Source: an uncultured Coriobacteriia bacterium
Lineage (GTDB): Bacteria > Actinomycetota > Coriobacteriia > Anaerosomatales > JAAXUF01
Direction of reading: 5' to 3'
Length of the DNA stretch: 64,000 nt
Assembly: GCA_963726345.1 (NCBI GenBank)
Contig: CAVSCC010000009.1
Location: 91,619 to 155,618, forward strand
Shown: piece by piece, positions 1 through 14,430 of the stretch
How the letters are laid out: every line of letters begins with the position of its first letter
Numbering within the stretch: position 1 is the first letter of the stretch
The notes under the pieces: generated by a model
What the model was told of the DNA's origin: nothing
Databases searched by the model: none
What the model saw: the letters and a program-made list of their open reading frames with translations, nothing else
Made by a program: the position numbers and the translations under genes

Positions 1-1050
1 CGGCGGCGAGCTGCAGCGCCGTGACGAGACCGTCGCCTGTGGTGTTGTGCTCGAGGAAGATGATGTGTCCCGATTGCTCTCCACCGAGCACGGCACCGGA
101 GGTCCGCATCTGCTCGAGGACGTAGCGGTCCCCCACCTTGGTCTTGATGACGGTGATGCCCGAGGTCCCGCATGGCTATCTCGAAGCCGAGATTGCACAT
201 CACCGTGGACACGACCGTGTCCAGCGGTAGCGTGCCCGCCGCCTTCCGGTGCGCGGCGCAGATCGCCATGATGACGTCGCCGTCGACCTCGGCCCCCGTC
301 TCGTCCACCGCGAGCACGCGGTCAGCGTCGCCGTCGTGCGCGATGCCGAAGTCGACGTCGTTTCCGGCGACCAGCTCCGCGAGCGGTGCGAGGTTCGTCG
401 ATCCGCAACCGACGTTGATGTCCATGCCGTCCCAGTCGCAGTTGACCGAGACGACCTGTCGCACCGAGTCGTCGCAGCGCCTCCGGAGTCGCCACCGACG
501 CCGCTCCGTGACCGCAGTCGACCGCGACGGTGAGCCCAGTGAGGTCGACGTCGATCGTGGCCACGCAGTGCTCGATGTAGCGTTCTACCGCGTCGTCGAC
601 CTGGCGGATCGTCCCGATGTGCGCAGCCGGTCGGCCGCTCGTAGTCGCGCTCGCGACGCGCAGAACGTCTCGATGTCGTCTTCGACCTCGTCGGGAAGCT
701 TGAAGCCTTCTCGGCTGAAGAACTTGATGCCGTTGTACTCGGGCGCGTTGTGCGACGCCGAGATGACAACGCCGCCGTCGGCCTCGAGTTCGCGCACGAG
801 CAGCGCGACCGCCGGGCGTCGGCACGATTCCGGCAACCAGCGCGTCGGCGCCGCCGGAGCAGATGCCGGCGACCAGCGCGGCCTCGAGCATCTCGCCGCT
901 GCGCCGAGTGTCTCGACCGACGACGATCTTGCCGCGGCCCTTCTCGCCGAGAAAGTGGCCGGCGGCCTCGCCCAGCCGGAAAGCAAGCTCCGGGGTGAGT
1001 TCGGCGTTGGCGATACCGCGGACGCCGTCCGTGCCGAAGAGCCGTGTCAT
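1..1050 (-). CDS. glmM: phosphoglucosamine mutase (3' end outside window; frameshifted)
   Basis: N-terminus [12 protein letters not shown] and [14 protein letters not shown] catalytic Ser motif, spread over several frames. Confidence 0.93.
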
Positions 1051-1064
1051 GCGAGTCCCCTCAC

Positions 1065-1101
1065 AAAGAGACGGGGCCCGCCGCGCGTGCGGCGAGCCCC
1101 G
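1065..1101 (-). terminator. intrinsic terminator after rplM-rpsI
   Basis: GC stem cggggcccgccgc/gcggcgagccccg followed by a T-rich tail on the minus strand. Confidence 0.6.
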
Positions 1102-1128
1102 GTCGGTTGCAACGATGAGCCGCGAGAT

Positions 1129-1527
1129 CTAGCGCTTGGAGAACTGCGGCTTCTTGCGGGCCTTCTTCAGGCCGTACTTCTTGCGCTCGACCATGCGGGG
1201 GTCGCGACGCAGGTAGCCGGCGCGCTTGAGCTCGCCACGGTACTCGTCGCTCGCCTCGAGCAGGGCACGGGCGATGCCGTGACGCAGGGCGCCGGCCTGG
1301 CCGGAGACGCCGCCGCCGTGGCACTGAGCGATCACGTCGAAGCGATCGGAGGTCTCGGTGGCCTTGAACGGGGTCTCGGCGAAGTTGACGAGAGCCTGAC
1401 GACCGAAGAACTCGAGTCCGGTCTTCTTGTTGACGGTCATCTGACCGGTGCCGGGAACCAGGCGGACGCGAGCGACCGAGGTCTTGCGGCGGCCAGTGCC
1501 GTAGTAGACAGCCTTTGTCTCAGCCAT
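1129..1527 (-). CDS. rpsI: 30S ribosomal protein S9
   Basis: [13 protein letters not shown]...RKKPQFSKR. Confidence 0.99.
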   Translation of the reverse strand: MAETKAVYYGTGRRKTSVARVRLVPGTGQMTVNKKTGLEFFGRQALVNFAETPFKATETSDRFDVIAQCHGGGVSGQAGALRHGIARALLEASDEYRGELKRAGYLRRDPRMVERKKYGLKKARKKPQFSKR

Positions 1528-1530
1528 GCC

Positions 1531-1965
1531 TTAGGCCTCCAACGTGATCTGACGCGGCTTCTGAGCGGCGTGTGGGTGGTTCGGACCTGCGTACACCTTG
1601 AGCTTGCGGTTCATCGCGCGGCCGAGCGTGTTCTTGGGCAGCATGCCCTTGACGGCCTTCTCGATGATGCGCTCCGGGTGCTTGGCCAGCATGCGCTGGT
1701 AGGAGACCTCTTTGAGGCCGCCGATGAAGCCGGAGTGCGAGTAGTACATCTTGGTGTTTGCCTTGTTGCCGGTCAGGCGAACCTTCTCGGCGTTGATGAT
1801 GACGACGAAGTCACCGGTATCGACGTGCGGCGTGTACTGCGGCTTGGTCTTGCCCTTCAGGATCTGAGCTACCTGAGTGGAGAGCCGGCCGAGCACGAGG
1901 TCAGTGGCGTCGATGAGCAGCCACTCACGTTCGACCTCATGGGGCTTAGCGTGGTAGGTCTTCAC
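1531..1965 (-). CDS. rplM: 50S ribosomal protein L13
   Basis: WLLIDA...LGRLST...[16 protein letters not shown]. Confidence 0.99.
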   Translation of the reverse strand: MKTYHAKPHEVEREWLLIDATDLVLGRLSTQVAQILKGKTKPQYTPHVDTGDFVVIINAEKVRLTGNKANTKMYYSHSGFIGGLKEVSYQRMLAKHPERIIEKAVKGMLPKNTLGRAMNRKLKVYAGPNHPHAAQKPRQITLEA

Positions 1966-2038
1966 AAGTCCTCCAACGAAACGATTGTCTTCGATGTTCG
2001 AATCGAACCTTCACGGGGCTACTGAAACGAACCCTCAC

Positions 2039-2068
2039 ATAGTAGCTGCGGCTGCGCGGATGCGTCAA
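2039..2068 (-). promoter_or_regulatory. sigma70-type promoter of rplM-rpsI
   Basis: TTGACG-N18-TACTAT on the minus strand. Confidence 0.7.
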
Positions 2069-2072
2069 ACAA

Positions 2073-2092
2073 ACGCCTCCGGGCGTATCTAC
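2073..2092. repeat. 20-nt motif copy 1 (acgcctccgggcgtatctac)
   Basis: Matches copies at 8544, 24537 and 38462; lies just upstream of the rplM -35. Confidence 0.8.
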
Positions 2093-2134
2093 CCCGCCTC
2101 GGGCGACGCGTCCGCGCGACGCGCGAGCATGCGC

Positions 2135-2936
2135 TCAGCGGTCGGCCAGCCACACCTCATCGGGGTAGTCGACCGACCACAGCGTCAGCCCGCACGCCGG
2201 CGCGGTCTGTCCGGCCGCCGAGCGCTGCTCGCGCCGCCAGCGCCTCCCCGATCCATGCCGGGTCGTGGCGCCCGACGCCCACCTCGACCAGACTGCCGAC
2301 GATCGTGCGCACCATCGAGTGCAGGAACGCGTTGCCGACCACTCGGACGGTCAGGCACGGCTCGCCCAGGATGCACTCCTCGGCGATCTCGATCGTCTCG
2401 ACCGTGCGAACGGTTCGCTGCCCGACCGCCGAATCGGTCACGCAGAACGACCGGAAGTCATGCTCCCCGACGAGCAGCGCGGCCGCCTCACGCATCGCAT
2501 CGACGTCGAGCGGCTTCTTGAACCCACCACGCCACCGGCGCCGAGAACAGCGGCGGGACCGGTCCGGCGTGCACCCGGTAGCGGTACTCTCGGCGCTTGA
2601 GCGTCGAACCTCGCCGAGAACCCCGGCCGAGCGAACCTGCACCTCGCGAGACCACGATTCCCGGCGTCATCGCGTTGAGCGACTTCAGCAGCGCCTCCGC
2701 GATCGGGTCGGTCGCCCTCGAACGGGAACGAGACGACCTGCCCCAGTGCGTGGACGCCGGCAGTCCGTTCGTCCCGCGCAGGCGGTGAGCACGTCGCGGC
2801 GAAGCACGATGGCCAGCGACTCCTCGAGCCGCTGCTGCACGGTGATCGCGTTGACCTGGCGGGCGAATCCGGAGAACCGCGCGCCGTCGTAGGCGACGGT
2901 CAGCGCGATGACCGGGTAGCCGAGGGTCGTATTCAT
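2135..2936 (-). CDS. truA: tRNA pseudouridine(38-40) synthase (frameshifted)
   Basis: LTVAYDGARFSGFARQ, AGRTD, GEHDFRSF, GNAFLHSMVRTIVG. Confidence 0.92.
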
Positions 2937-3011
2937 CAGGAGCGGCACCTCACTCTGCGGGGCTATCGCGTCAGGCAACATCGCGTCCGACGAGCGTGCG
3001 CCGCGTCGTTT

Positions 3012-3806
3012 CTAGAGCAGTATCGTCGCACAGACCGCGACGGTCACGCCCGAGACGCAGCACCGCCCAGTCCGACGCGCGCATCCGCGAAGCGTGCAGC
3101 CGAGTGCGCCGCTCGCCGGTGTAGCAGCGGGACTCCATCGCGATCGCCAGGTTGTCGGCGCGGCGGAACAGGTTGACGAACAGCGGGACCAGCACGGGGA
3201 CCCACGCGCGAGCCCGCTGCAGGACCCCGCCCTCGTCGAAACGAGCGCCGCGAGCAGCCTGGGCGACGACGATCTTCTCGGCCTCCTCGGCGGTGGTGGG
3301 GATGAAGCGCAGGGCGATCGAGAACATCATCGCCACGTCGTCGACGGGAAAGCGGAGCGGGCGCAGCGGCACCATCAGCCGCGAGAGCGCGTCGGTCAGC
3401 GCGACCGGCGAGGTCGTCAGCGTCAGCAGCGAGGTGCCCGTGACCAGCAGGATGATGCGGGTCGCGAAGAACAGGCCGGTCATCAGCCCGGCCCGGCTGA
3501 CGCCGAGGGACCCGAGCCGCAGCAGGCCGTCGTCGGGCTGCCACCGCAGCGCGTTCATCGCAACCGTGATCAGCAGCAGCAGCGCCACCGGCCGAAGTCC
3601 GCGCAGGGCGAGCCGGAGCGGCACGCGGGACAGCGCGAGCGCGAGGAGCGACGAGCGCGGTCGCCAGACCCAGGCCCGACCAGCCCGCCGACGAGAACAG
3701 GATCGACCGTGTAGCACGCGACAAGCGCGAGCTTCACCCGCGGCTCGAGCCGGTGCACGGGAGAGTCGATGGGCACGAACTGCCCAAAGGGAACCGGGAT
3801 CCCCAT
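3012..3806 (-). CDS. ecfT: ECF transporter transmembrane component T (frameshifted, 3' end approximate)
   Basis: SPVHRLEPRVK, IALRFIPT, AQAARG, AMESRCY motifs. Confidence 0.9.
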
Positions 3807-4647
3807 CAGGCGCTCCCCAGGGCGCGCGCGAGTCGCATCCGCTCGCATGCACGGGGTCGAGCGTGAACGGCCCGACGTCGCAGCCGCGCGCTCGGGCAAG
3901 CATCTGCGCGCGCAGGACGTCAGGCGCGAGCAGGCCCGGCCGCCGCGAACGGCGCCGGATCGGCGATCAGCTCGGCGGCGGGTCCGTCGAAGACCGGGCG
4001 GCCTCCGGCGAGCACCAGCACTCGGTCGGCGAGCGCCGAGGAACTCCTCGGCAGAGTGGCTGACCACCACGACACCCGCTGTCGGAGCGCGCCTCGGAGA
4101 CGATCGTGCCGACCGCGCGGCGTCCCCGCGCGTCGAGCCCGGCGGTGGGCTCGTCGAGCAGGAGATAGCGCGGCGCGAAGGCGAGCACGCCGGCGATCGC
4201 AGCGCGACGCGCCTCCCCACCGGAGAGCGAGAACGGCGAACGCCCTGCGTACTCGGCAGGCGGCAGACCGACGCGTTCGAGCGCCTCGTGCGCCGCCGCG
4301 GTCGCCTCGGCGTCGGTGGCGCCCATGTTGCGCGGGCCGAACGCCACGTCGGCGGCCGACCGTCTCGGCGAAGAGCTGAGCCTCGGCGTCCTGGAACACG
4401 AGTCCGACCCTCCCGCGAGCCGACTTGCTGCGAGAGCGGCTCGCCGTCGATGGTCGCCGTGCCCTCCGGCGCCGTCCAGAAGCCCGGCCGCGATGCGAAG
4501 CAGCGTGGACTTGCCCGATCCGGTCGCGCCCAGGACCAGGACCAGTTCGCCGGGCGATACCGAGAACGACACCGCCTCGAGCGCGCGCTGGGCGTAGCCG
4601 GTCCCGGGCGCGTACGTGTAGCCGATGTCCTCCAGGCTCAGCGGCAC
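3806..4647 (-). CDS. ecfA2: ECF transporter ATPase A' (frameshifted)
   Basis: GATGSGKST Walker A, SPFSLSGGEARRAAIAG, LLLDEPTAGLD. Confidence 0.88.
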
Positions 4648-5460
4648 AGCGCGTCGACCAAGCCCTCGGGGTCGGGCAGCCCGGGCGCAACGTGCACGCC
4701 GAGCTCGCGCAGGCGTGCCGAGAAGACCGCGAACGGCGGCATCTCAAGACCGCACTCGCCGAGCAACTCAGTGCGCTCGGACCAGATCATCGGTGGACCC
4801 GCAGAAGACCACCGCACCGTGGTCGAGCACGACGGCCCTGTCCGCGCGAGCGGCCTCGGCCAAGTCGTGCGTGACGAGCAGGATGCCCTTGCCTGAGCCG
4901 CCCAGGCGTTCGATCACGAGCGGCGACATCGCGCCGACCCTCGGGGTCGAGCATGGACGTCGGCTCGTCGAGCACCAGGTACTCGGGCTCCATGGCCAGC
5001 GCGCCGGCGATGGCGAGGCGCTGCTTCTGCCCGCCGGAGAGCAGGTGCGGCTCGCGTCGCTCGAGACCGGTGAGCCCGACGGCCGCGAGCGCTTCGTCGA
5101 CGCGACGACGAATCTCCGACCGCTCCAGTCCGAGGTTCTCGGGTCCGAACGCGACGTCATCCTCCACGGTGGTCGCCACGATCTGGTCGTCGGGATGCTG
5201 AAGCACCACGGCCACGCGTTCTCGAATCGCCGCGTGTGGCCGATTCATCGGCGGTGTCGAGCCCGTCCACCGTGACGGTTCCCGTTTCCGGCAGCAGCAG
5301 CCCGTTGGCCATCCGCGCCAGCGTCGACTTGCCCGAGCCGTTGGCGCCCAGCACCGCGACCGTCTCGCCAGACCCGACATCGAGCGACACGCTGTCGCAG
5401 CGCGGGCAGCGACCGGCCCGACGCGCGGTACGAGAAGCTGATGTCCGAGAAGCTGATCAC
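4638..5460 (-). CDS. ecfA1: ECF transporter ATPase A (frameshifted)
   Basis: [44 protein letters not shown]. Confidence 0.88.
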
Positions 5461-5494
5461 GGTTCGGGTGTCCTCTTCGCACACTGCAGGGCAG

Positions 5495-5526
5495 AAAGAG
5501 AGGGCCCCCACACGGGAGGCCCTCTC
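5495..5526 (-). terminator. terminator after rplQ
   Basis: Stem gagagggcc.../...ggccctctc with a short U tail. Confidence 0.55.
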
Positions 5527-5565
5527 ATGGTAACGCTCTAGCGCCGAGACTTGGTCGCGCGGGTG

Positions 5566-5916
5566 CTAGTCGACGAGCTCCATGATGACCATGGGTGCCG
5601 AGTCGCCCTTGCGCGGGCCGAGCTTCATGATGCGGGTGTAGCCGCCGGGACGGCCCTCGTAGCGCTCGCGATCGTTGAAGATCTTGGCGACGAGTTCCTT
5701 GTCACCGATGGCGGCGATGGCCAGACGACGCGAGTGCACGTCGCCCTTCTTCGCCCAGGTGATGACCTTGTCGACGAGCGGCCGAACTTCCTTGGCCCGC
5801 GCTTCGGTGGTCTTGATCCGCTCGCTGATGAACAGCGCGCCTGCGATGCTCTTGAGCATCGCCTTGGTGTGGCTGGCGTCGGTTCCAAGCTTGCGGCCCT
5901 TTACTTGATGTCTCAT
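5566..5916 (-). CDS. rplQ: 50S ribosomal protein L17
   Basis: MRHQVKGRKLG...RPGGYTRIMKLG. Confidence 0.99.
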   Translation of the reverse strand: MRHQVKGRKLGTDASHTKAMLKSIAGALFISERIKTTEARAKEVRPLVDKVITWAKKGDVHSRRLAIAAIGDKELVAKIFNDRERYEGRPGGYTRIMKLGPRKGDSAPMVIMELVD

Positions 5917-5932
5917 GGTCTGCGCTCTCCCA

Positions 5933-6878
5933 CTAAGGCTTCAGGCCCAAGCCCATTTGCTGGAGCTTGTCCTTGACTTCTTCGATCGACTTCGCGCCGA
6001 AGTTACGGATATTCAGCAGGTCGTTCTCCGAGCAGTCATTGAGCTGCCCGATGGTGTTGACGCCCTGCCGCTTCAAGCAGTTGTACGAGCGAACCGAGAG
6101 GTCGAGCTCCTCGATAGGAGTATCGAGAACGCTCTCGCCCTCGTCGACGGCGGCAGCGAAGATGCCTTCGTCGGACATGGTCGTCGCAGCCTGATCGACG
6201 AAGAGCATCATGTGCTCGTCGATGATCCGGCCAGCACGAGCAACCGCGTCGCTGGGATCGATGGCGCCGTTCGTCTCAACCTCAAGCGTGAGCTTGTCGT
6301 AGTCGGTGCGCTGTCCGACACGCGTGTTCTCCACGACGTAGGTGCAGCGGTGGACCGGCGAGAAGAGCGAGTCGACGGTGATGACCCCGATGGGATCCTC
6401 GACACGCTTGTTGCGGTCCGCCGAGACGTAGCCCCGACCGACGCCGATACGAACGCCCATCTCCAGCTTCGCACCCTTGTTCAGGTGCGCGATGACGTGC
6501 TCGGGGTTGACCAGTTCGAACTCAGCAGGAACCTTGAGATCCGCACCGGTCACGACCGCAGCACCCGACACCGACAGCGTGGCGACCGCGTCGCCCGCGC
6601 CGATACCGGTCTCGCGGAATACGAGGCCCTTCACGTTGAGCACGATGTCCGTAAGGTCCTCGCGGACCCCCTCGATAGAGGCGAACTCGTGCTGCTGGCC
6701 CTCGATCCTGAATCGAAGTCGCGGCCGCCCCCTGAAGGGAGGAGAGCAGAACGCGACGCATGCAGTTGCCGAGGGTGTACCCGAAGCCGCGCTCGAGCGG
6801 CTCGACCACGTAGCGTGCAACACGTGAATCGACCTGGTCGAGATCGACCGTGACCTCTGGCCTCATGAACTCTGTCAT
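5933..6878 (-). CDS. rpoA: RNA polymerase alpha subunit (frameshift near 6730)
   Basis: [25 protein letters not shown], alpha-[19 protein letters not shown]. Confidence 0.98.
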
Positions 6879-6907
6879 CCAGTAGCCTCCTTGGCTGTCA
6901 GGTCCGG

Positions 6908-7534
6908 TTACTTCGAGTAGAGCTCGACGATGAGCTGCTCGCGAACCGGCGCGTCGATCTGCTCACGCGTCGGAAGCGAAAGGATCTTGCCCTGCAGCTT
7001 CTCGATGTCGACCTCAAGCCAACCCGGGACCTCGATCTTCTCAGACGAGATGAGCGCCGTCTTGATGACGATCAGGTCACGGGACTTCGCAGCGATGGCC
7101 ACTACCTCGCCGGGACGGACCCGGTACGAAGGAATGTCAACGCGCTTGCCGTTGATGGTGATGTGGCCGTGGCGCACGATCTGACGTGCCTCGTCGCGAG
7201 ACTTGGCGAAGCCGAGTCGGTACACCACGTTGTCGAGCCGGCTCTCGAGAATACGCAGCAGGTTCTCACCGGTGATGCCCTTCTGGGCAGACGCGATGAC
7301 GTAGTAGCCGCGGAACTGCTTCTCGAGCAGGCCGTAGATACGCTTGGTGCGCTGCTTCTCACGAAGCTGAACGCGGTACTCCGAGTCGCGCGGCCGCTTC
7401 TTGCCGGCCTGACCGGGAGGATACGGGCGCTTCTCTACTCCGCACTTGTCGGAGTAGCAGCGATCGCCCTTGAGGAACAATTTGATGCCTTCACGGCGGC
7501 ACAGACGACAGTCCGCCCCGGTGTATCGAGCCAT
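6908..7534 (-). CDS. rpsD: 30S ribosomal protein S4 (Cys-rich metal-binding type)
   Basis: [16 protein letters not shown]...[13 protein letters not shown]. Confidence 0.99.
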   Translation of the reverse strand: MARYTGADCRLCRREGIKLFLKGDRCYSDKCGVEKRPYPPGQAGKKRPRDSEYRVQLREKQRTKRIYGLLEKQFRGYYVIASAQKGITGENLLRILESRLDNVVYRLGFAKSRDEARQIVRHGHITINGKRVDIPSYRVRPGEVVAIAAKSRDLIVIKTALISSEKIEVPGWLEVDIEKLQGKILSLPTREQIDAPVREQLIVELYSK

Positions 7535-7553
7535 AAGTACAATTCCTCCCGAG

Positions 7554-7955
7554 TTACACGCGACGACGCTTGCGCGGACGGCAACCGTTGTGCGGGACCG
7601 GCGTGCAATCCTGGATGCTCGAGATCTCCAGGCCAGTGGCCTGAAGCGAGCGGATAGCGGTCTCGCGGCCCGAACCCGGGCCCTTGACGAATACGGCGAC
7701 CTTACGCAGGCCGTGCTCTTGTGCCATCTTTGCAGCTGCCTCGGCGGCCATCTGCGCGGCGAACGGTGTGGACTTGCGAGAGCCCTTGAAACCCACCGTG
7801 CCGGCCGACTGCCAGGAGATCACGTTGCCCGTAGGATCCGTGATGCTGATGATGGTGTTATTGAACGTGCTCTTGATGTGTGCCTGACCGACGGCGATGT
7901 TCTTGCGCTCAGAGCGCTTGAGCCGGGTCCGGACATTCTTCTTCTTGGCTGCCAT
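7554..7955 (-). CDS. rpsK: 30S ribosomal protein S11
   Basis: [21 protein letters not shown]. Confidence 0.99.
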   Translation of the reverse strand: MAAKKKNVRTRLKRSERKNIAVGQAHIKSTFNNTIISITDPTGNVISWQSAGTVGFKGSRKSTPFAAQMAAEAAAKMAQEHGLRKVAVFVKGPGSGRETAIRSLQATGLEISSIQDCTPVPHNGCRPRKRRRV

Positions 7956-7958
7956 CTG

Positions 7959-8333
7959 CTACTTGCCCTTCTTCTTCGCGCCGATTTGGCGACGCGGGCC
8001 CTTCCGGGTGCGCGCATTGGTGTGCGTGCGCTGACCGCGGACGGGAAGCCCCTTGCGGTGACGGAGGCCGCGATAGCAGCCGATCTCCATGAGGCGCTTG
8101 ATGTTCTGCGATACCTCGCGACGGAGGTCACCCTCGATCTTGAGGTTCTTGTCGATGTACTCGCGCAGACGCACAACCTCTTCTTCCGTGAGGTCACGCA
8201 CGCGAGTAGCCGGGTCGATTGCGGTCTCGCGGACAATCAGCTGACTGGTGGTCAGTCCGATGCCATAGATGTAGGTCAGGCCGATCTCAACGCGCTTCTC
8301 GCGCGGAAGGTCGACACCTGCGATTCGGGCCAC
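7959..8333 (-). CDS. rpsM: 30S ribosomal protein S13
   Basis: [10 protein letters not shown]...[17 protein letters not shown]. Confidence 0.99.
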   Translation of the reverse strand: MARIAGVDLPREKRVEIGLTYIYGIGLTTSQLIVRETAIDPATRVRDLTEEEVVRLREYIDKNLKIEGDLRREVSQNIKRLMEIGCYRGLRHRKGLPVRGQRTHTNARTRKGPRRQIGAKKKGK

Positions 8334-8345
8334 TCGTGCTCCCTC

Positions 8346-8459
8346 CTAGCCCTGACGCTGCTTATGGCGCGGGTTCTCGCAGATCACGAGGACTCGGCCA
8401 TGGCGCCGGATCACCTTGCACTTGTCACACATTCTCTTTACTGAAGGTCGTACCTTCAT
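8346..8459 (-). CDS. rpmJ: 50S ribosomal protein L36 (Zn-ribbon; absent from ORF track)
   Basis: Manual translation [37 protein letters not shown]. Confidence 0.98.
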   Translation of the reverse strand: MKVRPSVKRMCDKCKVIRRHGRVLVICENPRHKQRQG

Positions 8460-8543
8460 CGTTCTTTCCTTTCAACACTGTGTTTCGATCTATCTGCACA
8501 CCCAGCCGCAGGCGTGGTTTGTCCATGCGCAGGCCCCGGTTAC

Positions 8544-8563
8544 ACGCTACCGGGAGTGTCCAC
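8544..8563. repeat. 20-nt motif copy 2 (acgctaccgggagtgtccac)
   Basis: In the infA-rpmJ spacer, upstream of the alpha operon. Confidence 0.7.
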
Positions 8564-8584
8564 TAGTCAGAAGACAGCGGGCTA

Positions 8585-8806
8585 CTACTTGTAGCGGTAT
8601 GTGATTCTTCCCCGAGTGAGGTCATAGGGCGAAAGCTCGACGACCACCTTGTCGCCGGGCAGGATGCGGATGTAGTGCATGCGCATCTTGCCGGAAATGT
8701 GTGCGAGAACCTTGTGTCCGTTCTCCAGCTCTACGCGAAACATCGCGTTAGGTAGAGGTTCGACCACCGTTCCTTCGAGTTCGATTGCATCGTCCCGCTT
8801 TGCCAC
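8585..8806 (-). CDS. infA: translation initiation factor IF-1
   Basis: GTG start; [32 protein letters not shown]. Confidence 0.98.
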   Translation of the reverse strand: MAKRDDAIELEGTVVEPLPNAMFRVELENGHKVLAHISGKMRMHYIRILPGDKVVVELSPYDLTRGRITYRYK

Positions 8807-8912
8807 GAAAAGGGTGCTCCTCACAATGTGGAAATCGCAAGTGGACATCTTATCCTATGTTGCGTGGGTGCGTCCACCTTTCACTGTTCCTACCTGCCAA
8901 CGAGCTGACAGG

Positions 8913-9664
8913 TCACTCCAGCGTCAGAATCAACGGCCCGTTCTCGGTGATTGCCACCGTGTGCTCGAAGTGCGCCGAGAGCGAGCCGTCCTTGGTGACG
9001 ACGGTCCACCCGTCCGGGAGCGACTCGACGGCCGCCTGCCCCGCGTTGACCATCGGCTCGATCGCCAGAACCATGCCCGTGCTCAGCAGCGGGCCCTTCC
9101 CGGGTATGCCGTAGTTCGGCACGTTGGGGTCTTCGTGCATCGCTCGGCCGATTCCGTGACCCACGTACTCCCGCACGATCGAGAAGCCAGCCGCCTCGGC
9201 TACGCCCTGGACCGCGGCGCCGATGTCGAAGAGATGGTTGCCTGCCACGGATGCAGCGATCCCCGCGCCGAGCGAGGCCTCCGTAGCGTCGAGAAGCCGC
9301 TGCGCATCCTCCGAGATCTGCACCAACGGCGAACGTGCGCGCGTTGTCACCGTAGTAGCCATCGACGATGGCGCCGACGTCGACGGAGAGGATCTGGCCC
9401 TCGAGCAGCTTGACCAAGTGACGAGGGTATGCCGTGAACGACCTGGCAGCCCACAGAGGTGCACAGCGTCTTCGGGAAGCCGTGGTAGCCCTTGAACGCG
9501 GGCACCCCACCCGCTTCGCGGATCACCGACTCGGCCAGTTCGTCGAGCTCGTGGGTCGTGACCCCGGGCGCGACAGCCTCTCCCACAAGACGAAGAGCCC
9601 GGGCACTGACGCGCCCGGCCTCTCGCATGGTCTCTATCTCCGCAGCCGACTTGCGGACGATCAC
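8913..9664 (-). CDS. map: methionine aminopeptidase type I (frameshifted)
   Basis: [27 protein letters not shown]. Confidence 0.95.
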
Positions 9665-9672
9665 GAGTCGCG

Positions 9673-11613
<1,941 letters not shown>

Positions 11614-11620
<7 letters not shown>

Positions 11621-12063
11621 GATGCTTCGACCGTCCCTCCGACTGCCTCGATCTTCTGCTTGGCTGCGCCTGAGACCTTGTCCACTCGAACGGTGAACTT
11701 CTTCTTCAGCTCGCCGTCGCCCAGCACCTTGATCGGCGCCGTGGCCGACTTGACGATGCCCTTGGCAACGAGAGCGTCTCCGTCGATGACGTCGCCGTCA
11801 GCGAAGTTCTCCTCAAGGCGTGACACGTTCACCACGGCATACTCGACGCGATTGCGGTTGGTGAATCCCGGAAGCTTGGGGAGACGCATCGCCAGTGGCG
11901 TCTGTCCACCCTCGAAGCCAGGACCCTTGGTGCCGCCAGCGCGCGAGCCCTGGCCCTTGTCGCCACGACCGGCGGTGCTGCCGTGACCGCTTCCGTTGCC
12001 GCGCCCAACCCGCTTGCGGGGCTTGCGCGATCCAGGTGCCGGGAACAAATCGTTGATCTGCAT
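11614..12063 (-). CDS. rplO: 50S ribosomal protein L15
   Basis: RVGRGNGSG, GFEGGQTPL. Confidence 0.99.
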
Positions 12064-12216
12064 TTCGTAGTGCTCCGTTTCATTCGCTGGACGGAGGCGC
12101 AGTTCCTCTACGCATCCGCTGCCGGCCGCTCGCCGCCGACTGACTTCATCGAGCAGAATCCTATCAGACGCCCAAGGCCCGACTCGTGGTCGGGCCCCAG
12201 GTGACTTCGATTGAGA

Positions 12217-12417
12217 CTAGGTGAGCTCTTCGACCTTCACGAGGTGCTTGACCTTGAAGATCATGCCGAGCACCGCGGGCGATGCCGACTGCTCGACCGT
12301 ATCGTTCATCCGCTTGAGCCCCAGGGCGCGTACGGTTCGCTTCTGGTCAGCGGGGAATCCGATTCCGCTCTTGACCTGAGTGATCCTGAGCCTCTTCTCG
12401 GCTGGCTTCTTTGCCAT
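12217..12417 (-). CDS. rpmD: 50S ribosomal protein L30
   Basis: ITQVKSGIG...ALGLKR...GMIFKVKHLV. Confidence 0.97.
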   Translation of the reverse strand: MAKKPAEKRLRITQVKSGIGFPADQKRTVRALGLKRMNDTVEQSASPAVLGMIFKVKHLVKVEELT

Positions 12418-12420
12418 TGG

Positions 12421-12939
12421 TTACTCCTCCCAGCCGTAGATCTGGCCAACCGTCATCCCGCGGCGGCGAGCGATGTCCTGCGGGCTGGCGAGTGACTGCA
12501 GCCCCTGCGCGGCAGCTTTGACCATGTTGAGCGCGTTGTCACTGCCCAGGGACTTCGACAGCACGTCCTTGATGCCCGCGAGCTCAAGCAGGGCGCGCAC
12601 CGGACCACCGGCGATGATGCCGGTACCCGGACTAGCCGGCTTCAGCATGACTCGGCCAGCGCCGAACTCGCCGATGATGGCGTGCGGCAGCGTGCTGTGC
12701 TTGGTGAGCGGCACCTTGAACATGTTCTTCTTGGCGTCCTCGATGCCCTTCTTGATGGCGATAGGCACTTCCTGCGACTTGCCCATGCCCACGCCGACGT
12801 TGCCGGCGCCGTCGCCGACGACCACGAGCGCCGTCAGAGCGAACCGACGGCCGCCCTTGACGACCTTCGATACGCGGTTGATGTAGACAACCTTCTCCTG
12901 AAGATCGGAGGCGGAACTTTCCCTGCGCGCCATGTTCAT
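12421..12939 (-). CDS. rpsE: 30S ribosomal protein S5
   Basis: [23 protein letters not shown]. Confidence 0.99.
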   Translation of the reverse strand: MNMARRESSASDLQEKVVYINRVSKVVKGGRRFALTALVVVGDGAGNVGVGMGKSQEVPIAIKKGIEDAKKNMFKVPLTKHSTLPHAIIGEFGAGRVMLKPASPGTGIIAGGPVRALLELAGIKDVLSKSLGSDNALNMVKAAAQGLQSLASPQDIARRRGMTVGQIYGWEE

Positions 12940-12944
12940 CCTCC

Positions 12945-13313
12945 CTAAAACTCGAGGCCGGCGCTGCGCGCACCGTCCGCCAGGGCCTTCACGCGACCGT
13001 GATACAGGCGACCGCCGCGGTCGAATACGACCTCGGTGATGCCTGCCTCGGCCGCGCGGCGGCCAACTGTCTCGCCGACCACGCGCGCAGCGTCGATCGT
13101 GGCGCCGTTCTTCAGATCCTTGCGCACGTCAGGCTCGACGGTCGAAGCGGCAACCAGAGTGGTTCCTGCCACGTCATCGATGACCTGCGCGTAGATGTTG
13201 GTGTTGGTGCGAGTCACGCGCAGGCGCGGCCGCGCGGCGGTGCCGCTGACCTTGCCGCGCACCCTGCGCTGCCGGCGCTCGAGCTTCGCCTGCTTCGCCT
13301 TCAGCTTGTCCAT
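12945..13313 (-). CDS. rplR: 50S ribosomal protein L18
   Basis: [27 protein letters not shown]. Confidence 0.99.
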   Translation of the reverse strand: MDKLKAKQAKLERRQRRVRGKVSGTAARPRLRVTRTNTNIYAQVIDDVAGTTLVAASTVEPDVRKDLKNGATIDAARVVGETVGRRAAEAGITEVVFDRGGRLYHGRVKALADGARSAGLEF

Positions 13314-13369
13314 ATGGTCACTACTCTCCTCGATCTCACCGGCCGACGGGCCGAATCACTACACAGCAC

Positions 13370-13906
13370 CTACTTGGCGGCCTTGCCCAGCTTGCGACGA
13401 ACGTACTCGCCCTCGTAGCGAACGCCCTTGCCCTTGTAGGGCTCCGGCTTGCGCCACTTGCGGATGTCCGCGGCAACCTGACCGACCTGCTGCTTGTCGA
13501 TGCCCCGAACAGTGATCTTGGTCGGTACCGGCACCTCGAACGTGATGCCAGGCTCTGCCGACACAACGACCGGATGGCTGAAACCGAGTTGCAGCTCCAA
13601 GTCCGAGCCCTTGAGGATGGCTCGGTAACCGACGCCAACGATCTCAAGGTTCTTCGAGAAACCGTCCGAGACGCCCGTGACCATGTTGGACAGAAGCGTC
13701 CTGGTCAGACCGTGCAGCGAGCGCGCGGTACGCGAGTCGTCGGGACGAGTGACAACCAGCTCGCCTTCCTGCAGCTCGATAGTGAGCAGGTCGGTGAAGG
13801 TCTGGGTGAGCTCACCCTTGGGACCCTTGACCGTCACGGTCGAGCCGTCGATCTTCACATCTACCCCGGACGGAACCGGGATGGGCTGCTTGCCGATACG
13901 AGACAC
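13370..13906 (-). CDS. rplF: 50S ribosomal protein L6
   Basis: [20 protein letters not shown]. Confidence 0.99.
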   Translation of the reverse strand: MSRIGKQPIPVPSGVDVKIDGSTVTVKGPKGELTQTFTDLLTIELQEGELVVTRPDDSRTARSLHGLTRTLLSNMVTGVSDGFSKNLEIVGVGYRAILKGSDLELQLGFSHPVVVSAEPGITFEVPVPTKITVRGIDKQQVGQVAADIRKWRKPEPYKGKGVRYEGEYVRRKLGKAAK

Positions 13907-13932
13907 GGCTTCGCTCCTTTCCTGGAGTCCGG

Positions 13933-14331
13933 TTACCAGATGTACGCGATGACTTCGCCGCCGACGCCCTCTTTGCGGGCGACGCGGTCGGTCATCACGC
14001 CACGGGAAGTGGATATGACTGCGACACCGAGACCGCCGAGCACGCGAGGGAGTTCGTCCTTCTTCGCGTACACACGCAGTCCGGGCTTGCTGATCCGGCG
14101 GATGCCGGTGATCGTGCGCTCCTTGCGAGCGCCGTACTTGAGCGTGATCTCGAGCGAATCCTGCGGATCGCCCTCGGTCACGACGTACTCGGCGATGTAG
14201 CCTTCTTGCTTCAAGATGCGCGCGATCTCGACAAGCTTCTTCGAGGACGGCATCTTGGCGGTCGCCTTGTAGGCCGAGTTCGCATTGCGAACTCGAGTCA
14301 ACATATCGGCGATGGGGTCGGTCATGCTCAT
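13933..14331 (-). CDS. rpsH: 30S ribosomal protein S8
   Basis: [17 protein letters not shown]...ISKPGLRVY. Confidence 0.99.
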   Translation of the reverse strand: MSMTDPIADMLTRVRNANSAYKATAKMPSSKKLVEIARILKQEGYIAEYVVTEGDPQDSLEITLKYGARKERTITGIRRISKPGLRVYAKKDELPRVLGGLGVAVISTSRGVMTDRVARKEGVGGEVIAYIW

Positions 14332-14430
14332 GTGGTTCCTCCTATGGTCCGGGATGCTCCGGTCCGTGGTTCGCGTGCGCCCGTGACGCATGCGCCTCTC
14401 GGGTCGGGTCTCTCCGTGCGGTCGTTCGGC